The position numbers and the translations under genes were made by a program. Positions 54,701-64,000 of a stretch of 64,000 nucleotides of DNA are shown piece by piece (within the stretch, counting starts at the first letter, position 1; every line of letters begins with the position of its first letter). The stretch spans positions 805,064-869,063 of the forward strand of contig RHPI01000797.1 of assembly GCA_009103225.1 (NCBI GenBank), written 5' to 3'. The stretch is from Chlorokybus atmophyticus. Its lineage: Eukaryota > Plantae > Mesostigma and Chlorokybus algae. Under the pieces are notes generated by a model. The model did not search any database and was not told the origin of the DNA. It worked only from the letters and a program-made list of their open reading frames with translations.

Positions 54701-57700
54701 GAAGCACTGATGCTTATGGTTTTGAAAGTGTACGCGGCCCAGTCCTTGTTGATGAGGGATTGCTGACACTGTGCCTGAGGCAGGTGAGCAGCGACGTCGC
54801 CTGCCACGCCAAAACGCGTATGCTTGGACTATGGCGAGGACGTTGCTGTTTCTGAACCTGTTGTACGCCCTACAGCACAAACGCGTCGTTTCGCTGCGTT
54901 GTGCCTATTTGGTTTTGCTTAGGCTTACCAGCAAGTGTAAACGGCCTCTGATACACGGCCTCCTATTCTTTGCGAATTCAGCTGCAACTTGTGACCAGCC
55001 TACAATCTGGTCCCCTTAAACAAATAATTCCCTAAGAGTCGCATCATGTGCGCAGCACGCAGCAATGTTCCTCGAACCGTTTCTTGGGCCAGGCCAAAGG
55101 GGCTGCTACACATAGAAGGTAATCTAAATCCTACCTTATGGCATCGTTTGGGCTTCCTCTCCACAAAGCTGTACGCTGGAGCTGACAGCAATACTGTCAG
55201 CGACCAAGAAGGTGCCTGCGACCACACATCATGTGGCAGTGCTGTTTACTACTTGCGAAGTGTATGCTGCGTGTATGCAGAGTTGGACAAGGTGGTGCCA
55301 CATGCCAAAAAAGGGTGCGAACAACACTACAACACAGTGTCCTTATCAGGCAGCATGTGCCCAACACAGATACAGCGCACACGCTCTGAGTGCACACCTG
55401 CATGCAGTTGTCACAGCAGGAGTGAATGTGTCTGTTGTTGATGCTGCGGTCAGCCTTGAATTGGTGCAGTCATCTGGGATCAGCGCATGCACAAGTCATA
55501 CAAAAAATCCCAAGCACGCGGCTGTGTCAACTCCCAGCCAGCAGTAGCAGCGGACAGGTGAGCACAGGTCGGCACGCATTTCACACAAGATAGGCGCTGC
55601 AACAGCATGGTGCGGTGTGGGTGCAGCCGAATAACCGCATTATCAAGTCTCTACTAAGAGTTGCGAGTAGCGATATGTGCTGCGCCATTAACAATGGCAG
55701 TTGGAGAAACACATTGAGCGCCGGTAATGCACACATCAGTCCGCCCTGCCTGCCTGTCCTGCCATGCACAGTTGCGAGCAAGCAACTGCAATGAGCAAGC
55801 AGGTCCCATGAAATCTATGTGCTGCACCTAGGCCAGGCCAGAGTTGGACTGCATATGCAAAATAGAGATAAACTCTTGTGTTATGGCATGCATTATGAAC
55901 TCTATGCATTCATGCATACGCAAATTATTAACAAAGTGCTTCATTCATGCACTTCACACTATGCCATACTCACAAGAGCACACACGGCAATGCACTGCAG
56001 TCCCACACACAGCCACCCACCCACCAATCCTTGCATACTATATTATACCCACCCAGAGTCTGCCAGACGCATGACATAATGTACCACTAGACCCTGTTAC
56101 CCATTTTGCACAAAGCCGTGCGCTTGCAGAATCTCTGTCAGGATATGCTGCCAGGCAGTCACACTGGATGAGCCGGCCATGCCCAGGCCAGAAGCATGGA
56201 CACAAAATGAAACACATGCACACATGGCCGCACTGTGACACAGCAAAGCAAATGCAGTTTGTGCACCATGCTCAGTGGCTTGCTCGCTTCTACTACTACA
56301 CCTACAATCATGGTATATGTGACCAGATATCCTAGCATCACAGTGTGTAGTTTGATGTAGACAGACAATGGATGCAACGTGTGATAATCAGCACCTAGAC
56401 GGGAATGTATATACACGCACTATACTTAGGGCCCGATGCCCCATATTAATGCTAATGCGGCCTCTGCAGTTCAGTTCAGCACTGCCGGTCGCAGCTACAT
56501 GTATCCTTTACTAACTGGCCTGTGGTCAATGAAGCCTGCGGTACGCAACCATAAGAAGTCTCCGCGACACACCAGCAACTCGCTCAGCAGCATCCTGCAC
56601 ATGACTCGTTGATCAGGTGTTCAAGCCACAATGTCCACTTCTCATTCAAGTCCCCTACCCTCCGCAGACTTTATAACGTTGAATGCATACTACAAGTGCA
56701 TGGTTAGTACCTCAATGCGGGACAGGTTTCGTCGCACAGCTGTCTCATTGCGCGCAGATCGAAACATTGTCAAGTATGCCGTCACAGCGCAGATCAATAG
56801 GAACAGAAAGCCCACGAAGAGCGCGGCGTAGACGCAACACCGAAGCTTCCGTGCGTGCTGAGCTTGCCTTGCTATGCTGCCCCACAGCGCAGGCTCTGCA
56901 TACCCTGCAAGTTGTTGGTTTCAACATATGCTCAGATGAAGCACGACTGGGCACGCATATTCACAATAAGTGTCAGCGCACTCAGGTCCTAAGTGACACC
57001 ACAACATAGGCCTTGGCAGTGCCAAAGCACCATCTAGCCGCGATGGGTGGGAAAGTTCTTAACCCATGTGGCACGATAACCCAAAAACAGAGGGTGCTCG
57101 TAAGGCCAGCCTCACCTTGAACATGGGCAATCAGCTGCAGCTCAGATGACGCTCGCCCATTTTCGCTGAAAAGCTGCCGCACCCGCTTTGTACCCAGCAG
57201 TCTGCACACAGGAGCAGCAACATCACTGGTTGAATCCTGTTGATTATCACACAAGATGCAGGACAATAAAGCCACCAGCAGAAAGTGCGCAAAGCAAGTG
57301 TGAGTTGCCTGACAATGGCACCATCACTGCAAGCACAATCTGTGCTTATGTCAACATGCGCAGGTCCATGCATGCAACCTGTGCCTGTGCACGCGTCACC
57401 TGGGCTGAGAATGCACTGCTGTGAATTCTCAGTTAGCAACACGTTTCCCTCAAGACAGCAACCCCTTTCCCTCAAGACAGCAACCAGCACATGCACTACA
57501 AGTGTGCATTCGGTTCCGCCAGTGACTCACAGCAGCAATTGCTGTCACTGGCGCATCCAAGCAAGCGGAATTTACAGCAGATATCAGGTCACAGGCTAAC
57601 TGTCCTGTTGTTGCTGGGCTGAATGGCTTGGACAGGCAATGCAATGCAATAAATGATACACGACAGCTACATTCTCCTTCGCGTGCTGTCTCCAATCTTT

Positions 57701-58007
57701 ATGGCAGACACTTATGACAATGGCTTTAAACCTCAGCATGCACGTGTTGCATGTGAAAAGAATGATGTGGAGATGACAGTCATAGCCAAGTGGTTGCTGA
57801 GTGATGATGATCCGAGCCTCACTTGTTGCCATGCAGGTCAGTGAGGTGCGTAATGCGAATAAGGTGGTGAGTCTGGTGGAGGTAGTGCTCCGCCACCAGG
57901 GCCTCGAGGTCGTAGACGGTCATGTCGTCCTCCTCCAGGCCGGACACGTCCACCAGCACGGGCCTTGACGGCCGACAGGTCATCCTCACCGCCACCCATC
58001 GCACCAT
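54700..58007 (-). CDS. Hypothetical multi-exon protein; the first exon is clear, the downstream structure and 3' end are uncertain
   Basis: GC-rich, coding-like first exon MVRWVAVRMTCRPSRPVLVDVSGLEEDDMTVYDLEALVAEHYLHQTHHLIRITHLTDLHGN ends at aa|gtgagg (about 57822). Plausible later exons are GQLACDLISAVNSACLDAPVTAIAA|gtgagt and GDQIVGWSQVAAEFAKNRRPCIRGRLHLL|gtaagc. Confidence 0.45.
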
Positions 58008-58570
58008 CACACCAACGCAGCATCCACAAGTCACCTCTTCTCCATCAACCCAAGCTCAGCTCAAGCTAGCAGCGATTTGGGCTCAAAGCGTGGCCAGCCT
58101 GGCAGCAACAAGGCAGCAGCAGGCGCAACTCTCCTCCTAGCCTCTTCACAAAATCTTCCCCATCATCTCCTTCAACTTAGCAAGCAGGGCAGACGAGCCT
58201 AGGAAATACACACAGCAGGCACACTAACTACAGCTTACTGCTCCCAAGCAGCTGCGCTCCGAGGCAACTATTGCTACTGCTTATCAGCATCACACGCGCA
58301 CATGACAACCGCAATGGCTACCCTTTGATGACAAACCCAGTGCAACTACCCTACTCCCTTCTCACCCACGTCGTCGTCCTTGTCTGCCACCTCCTCCCCC
58401 GCTGCCTCCGCCGCCGCCCGCAAGATCGCTCCGCACAACGTCAGCTGCCAGCTGGCAACACACTTGACCGCAGGTGAATTCCATATCTTCATTGAATGCT
58501 GCCAATGTAAACACTGTTGTGCTGTTTATGCCTATATGGCTGTCTGGGCATTCTTACTGTCAGTACTAAG

Positions 58571-58579
58571 TTAGGGTTT
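58571..58579 (-). promoter_or_regulatory. Telo-box-like motif (AAACCCTAA) in the divergent promoter/5' region of YAF9
   Basis: ttagggttt at 58571-58579. A similar ttagggtt lies at about 36842, upstream of the nucleotidyltransferase. The motif is short and may be chance. Confidence 0.4.
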
Positions 58580-59248
58580 TGCAGCGGCGGCGGCGACGGC
58601 GGCCTTGAGGTGGCCGTGCGGCCGGAGCTGCGCAAACGAGGCTGTTGGAGGTCGTCGCTGAAGTAGGTGAAGTTGGCAGCAGATTGCTTCTTGTCTGCGA
58701 GTTGACGACAAAAGTAGTCTGGCATGTGCGCCATTTGCTTCTGAGAGAAGTTTGGCATACAGTATGTTAAAGAATGTGCGGTTCTACTAGATTTTGCTTT
58801 TCTCAAGCCCGGCTCCCGTCCAACCTGTTCTCTGTATGCAACAGCTCCGGAGATAAGTTAAATTTGGATTTCTTGAGTTGTTCATGCTCTGAGTTAAGCA
58901 TGTGTATGTTGATCTCGTTTGCAAGCTTGTGCAAGCTTCGGTATATGTTGCAGCGTGGACAGCCACTTGTTCGATGTGTAGCTGAGTACAAGTATCACCC
59001 TTGGCATGTATGCATCTACAGATTTTGTTGATTGTGCAAGTTACGGCATTGCAGCGCATTGAAGATGTGTCCATGGCACATAACTAAGGCATGCATCATC
59101 GTTTACCATCTGGTTCATTCATTCCTGCCAACACTACTTGCAGAGGGTTTTGTTTTCCACATGCAGTGCGTTTTTTTCTGCGTGTGCATGTCGCTAAAAC
59201 TCACTTCTTGCACAGTGGTAGCCAGTCTTTCTATGGTGCTGCATCCTC

Positions 59249-60708
59249 ATGCCCGACGTGAAGAACCTGCAGCTGGCCAAACCACCCGGCTCGTCTTCCC
59301 TGCGCAGGCTGCCTGATATTGCACCATCAATACCCTTTGCATACGGCACGGTTGCTTTCTGGCTTGGAAAGAAGGTACGCGCACAACAAATCAGCTCTGT
59401 ATGCAGCGTGTATGACACAACATGACACACATAGCATCTACGGCTGTGGCCTGGCAGGCGGACGAATATCATTCGCACAGATGGACTTGCTATGTGCGGT
59501 CAACCGACAACACAGATGATTTGGCGTACATCATCAAGCGTGTGGTCTTTAACCTGCACCCTTCCTTCGCCAAGCCTACTCGCGTTGTTGAACAGCCTCC
59601 CTTCCAAGTAGGCAGCTTTACCAGCCCTCACGCCTGGCTGTTTGTTGGTTGCATGACTCGTTGAATCAACTCTCTGTGACTTCGTGCAGGTGACAGAGAC
59701 AGGCTGGGGTGAGTTTGAGATCGCCATCACTGTGTTCTTTCAAGGTGACGCAGCTGAGAAGCCAGTTGAGCTGTTTCATCACTTAAAGCTCTACCCCGAA
59801 GAAGAAGCTGGCCCGCCAAATACCAAGCGACCAGTACGTGCTTGTCACTCTTGTGTTCATGGGTTGACCACTATCTCCAGACGTCGTTATCTGCATGAAT
59901 CCAGTCGACACCCGGAGCGTTGTTACAACTGTCAACATACATTACAGCTTTATGCCACTGTTGTATGCTAGCTTTTTCTCATCCGCTACTGGTATGCTTG
60001 CGCTTAGCTGATTGCCAACGTGGCACAGGTGGTTGTGGAAAGCTACGATGAGTTTGTCTTTCCTGAGCCAACAGAAGCGTTCTACGCCCGTATCACGGCG
60101 CATGCAGTGGAGCGGGCTGCATTGGCAGAGCCTCCAAAAGGTTGGTTATCTTAGCAAGCATCCTATCAACATTGCAAAGCGTCCTTGTGATTGTGAATTT
60201 GGTGACTGTTTGATGCATGCTTTGAAGTAATTGTTGCTTTATTGTAGATGACTTGTCAGATCCAGTGTCTGCAAAAAGAAATCTCAACAGCATTGCAGCC
60301 GCCCAGGCAGCAAATTCCGCAGCCAATCCTACCGCCAAAACAGCTCAGGTAGGCTAGTGCACAGTTCCCGTGCTACTCTGCTCAACTGGCTGACAGCCTC
60401 TTTGGCGCTATTGTGTTCACTGATCGATCGCAGGAGGTTGGTTCGACGCCAATGATGGGGGTGTTGTGGCCTTTCTTTCACACGCATAGCGGTGCAGACG
60501 AACTAGCACGTGTCCAGGCAAGCATGGCTCGCTCGCTCGAGGTTTAGTTGCTGTTGCCTTATCATGTCAAGTTCATTGCTAATGCCCTCATGCTGCACTT
60601 TTGCAGGCAGCTCGACAGCAGGTATTGGAGGCTGCGCAGCAGATGCAGCAGCAGCTGGCAGCGTTGGAGGCAGAGATCAGGCACCTGCGAGGCATAGAAA
60701 CCGTGTAA
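59249..60708 (+). CDS. YAF9: YEATS-domain protein YAF9/GAS41 (NuA4/SWR1 subunit), 7 coding exons
   Basis: [14 protein letters not shown]|[15 protein letters not shown]...[26 protein letters not shown]|[17 protein letters not shown]...HHLKLYP...KRP|[19 protein letters not shown]...[11 protein letters not shown]|AARQQV...*. Confidence 0.95.
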
Positions 60709-63700
60709 TTGCGGTTGTCTGCACCCTCTGGTATACAACGTCACACTATTTATTGTACAGATTGTTGTATGCGCATTTTGCTGCTTACTTCAGTTGCAAC
60801 TTATATATTGCAGCTGATATGTACAGGATGTGCTCAAGGCAGTTTTGTATATGCAGTATGCAGAAGCAAATAAGCGCACACATAGTGGAGTGGTGGGGGA
60901 AGAGAGGAGGTGTGGGGGGAGATTGGGAGGGAGAGAGCGGGTTGCGCTGCACCACACTGCATGTCATCCGCCTGCACATTAACGTCCTACTAACTGCAAC
61001 AAGTATTGCACAGGTAATGACTGGACTCTACACAGCATGCATGCATGACTGACGGTGGTGGTGAGTAGGTAGATAAGTGTTAGGCATAGGAATGAGGCAG
61101 TGAGTGCAATGTATAGCCCAGTGGTTGTGTATGTATGATTGCATGCGTGGTAGAGTGCAATGTCACATGACGTGTGCATGCCATGTGTATGGTTGCCTTG
61201 CATGCATGACATCCCCATTGCATCTTGTAAACACAAACAGCATGCAAGCATGGTCATATGCCATCAATGGGCTAAGATCCATTGCTTGTTGCTACCTAAC
61301 ACGCTACATTAGCCTATACCTCCCCGTTAGACATGCATACATGTTAGTGTCCATTACCTGCACGACAGGCAGGTATAATGATACGCAAACGTGCAGTTTG
61401 CAGCTTCCGTTAATTGCCGCTCGTACATTGCAACCTATATGTTTCCTGATGCGCGAGCTCTGCTACTGTTAAGCAGTGTTCTGTGTGGTGTGGTGGGGAC
61501 GGTCAGATCTCGCCCCGAGTGCTACACATCATGCGGCAGTTGCCTATGTATGTGATCTGGTTTGTGCAAAGGCATGTGAGCCCCTTAGCTAGGTGGTGTG
61601 CTCAAGTTGTAATGTAATGATCTGAACGGTGCCTTTACTGTTTTGCTGTGTTCATACTATAAATGCTTTGTCAACCTCATTGCTATACCCTATGTAAGCA
61701 CTAGGTAATATTGATGCAGATGCGTCATTGTGCTGAGACAAAAAGGGCAAGCAGGTAGTGGTGGACACAGCTATAGACGTATAAACGCGTACTCGGTATA
61801 AGCACTATGCAGTGTTACTCATTATCTCATTGCGCCTGGCATTGTGTGTGAATTTGCATTGGGTGCCAGCCGCGTTTTGTATGCATGTGCATTAAAGCGT
61901 ACACCAACACACCCATCCCCACCGTAAATTCGCAATTTATATTGGTTGCTACATTGGCATATGCTGATGATGTGCATATTTTGATGCATATGTTGCACTA
62001 TAAACGGTAAGTAGTATATGAAGAAGAAATAAGATACTGATACACTTATCTAATCCTTGCAAAAATATCTAACCGACCAAGTGTTGAACACTAGGTTGAT
62101 TGATATTGTACATATGTCCAATGCAGTAAATGTCGAGTAACATAACACAATATATGTGGACTTGTAAAGACCCATGAAAAGACAGCACCATATATGTGTG
62201 CTAACATCATGATGTCGAAGAGTGCATGGGAGTATACATAATTAATCACTTGTTTGATTAAGTGGTAAAAGAGTGTGGCGCAAACATCTTGAAACGCTTT
62301 TAACAGCAGGCTTTTGTCATGGTTGCTCAACGTACAGGATATGCTAGTAGTTGTAGATATGCATGACATCACTCACAACATGCCAAACAGCATGCACCCC
62401 ACACAACCAACCACCAGCGCTGACCCACGCCCACGCCCTGCCTGCAGGTACAGCCAACGGGCCTTGCTGGCTGTACGTCGTCGTTGCTGTCGTCGTTCCC
62501 TTGCTGTTAAGTTACATAGAAGCATTATGCCCCTAGCTAAGCCCTCTGAGGAATAAAGCTCTGGGTGGGTGCGTGGGTGGCTGTGCGTGTGGGATTGTAG
62601 ATCGCCATGTGTGGCATAGCATGCAGTGCATGAATGAAGCACCATATCAGATATATGCAAGCTCATGGTAACACAATCACCGGGCTATGCACACTGTTTG
62701 TTTAAAGCTCACTACATTACATAAAATTAAACCTCCCCGTTAAGCATGCATACATGCGTATTGGTAGTGCATTACTCGCCCACACGGTGTGCTATAATGT
62801 CATTGGTTAAACAACAACATCCCATATATGATGTCGATGTGTGCGCAAGTGAACAGTGAAATGTGTTTGTCAGCACGTGTCGATGCAATTATGAGGCTAC
62901 CAACTCATCATATGTTTATCATATCATAAATTACTTAACAATTGCTTAATACCCTTAAGTTTTAACCATGACGTGCTGCAATATTGATTGAATTGTTATA
63001 GCATTCACATCACGAGAGGGGCGCTAGACAATACATTGCGATATTTCTGTAACAATTTTTAAAGTTTCTGTAGGTGTCTTTTTAATTTTTGATTGTGGCA
63101 CGAATATAAAACATTACTACACAGATTGCAAACCGGTGGCCAACAATAATCACATGGTCAGAACCTTTTTGGACCGGCGAAATATAATGTGATGGCATGC
63201 TTGATGTTAAATAATATGCACATATACCATAATATGCATTTCATTGGGTCACATAGTTTTTTGATGGTATTTATTATAAATCTTACAAGGTGATACAGCA
63301 GCCAAAAACAATGCCCCTGTACATCCATACATAATTTATAACATGTTTATTGCTTAATGACGTATTATAAACATTATAGTGTAATGCTTGTTTGTATGAC
63401 GTACTTAACACCTGTAAGTTAGGGGCCCTAACTTGCAGCCTGTAACACCTGCAACAGGCGGACCAAGGAATATATGCACGTAAATTGGAAACGCACAGTG
63501 GAACGGAGTTTCCTCCGAATTTCGCCAGTATGTGTTTCGTCGTTGGTATCGCCATGTTTCACCAGAGTGGTGCTGCATGGCGATTTGGCGAAATCCTGCA
63601 AATGCATGAGGCATACGTGACACTTGCATGACGCATGCTCGTACGCGTGACGCATTACATGTAGTATTGCATGTTCACTATGTGTGTGACGCAATACTAC

Positions 63701-64000
63701 GATACAGCAGGTTTTGCACAAACACATCAGTATAAGGTCATATACATTGCAACTAGCGGTGCGGCTGATTGGGCGACAGATCGAACGGCCGATACCTATT
63801 GACGCCTAACCAATGAGAGGCAGGCAGGCCGCGCAGCCCGGCAGTCGCGGGTGCCGTATGTAACTGGCCGTCGTGCGTGGGGCGCGGTGATGTGTCTGGG
63901 TGCACTTCGCCGGCCGGCCCAGCCACAACAAATCTCGCCGAATGATACGCGACGCGCGGCTTTGCAGCACAGCATATGGCGTCACTTGATCACATATCGT

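Overview
Intron-rich eukaryotic DNA from the green lineage. The plant-type GEM, MEE44-like and YAF9 genes, the plant-type U6 and the ciliary gene CFAP298 suggest a flagellated streptophyte alga (inference). I can support nine spliced protein genes: GEM-like GRAM protein (-), a large hypothetical (+), CFAP298 (-), a conserved hypothetical (+), TBC1D20-like RabGAP (-), MEE44-like nucleotidyltransferase (+), a secreted six-hairpin glycosidase-like protein (-), a poorly defined hypothetical (-) and YAF9/GAS41 (+). There is one U6 snRNA. A pogo/DDE_1 DNA transposon (25736-36330, TA TSD, 21-bp TIRs) carries a nested full-length Ty3/gypsy chromovirus (27539-34600, CCAGG TSD). That retroelement has an in-frame UAG between gag and pol and an extra Dam-methyltransferase-like segment before the protease. 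An intron-split Crypton/Ndc10-type tyrosine recombinase relic lies at about 42.3-43.5 kb and is not visible as a single ORF. The window also has several AG|GCAAG GC-AG introns, a diverged ~1.1-kb tandem duplication, long microsatellites and three N gaps. All family calls come from motif recognition by eye, not database searches, and exon boundaries are manual predictions.
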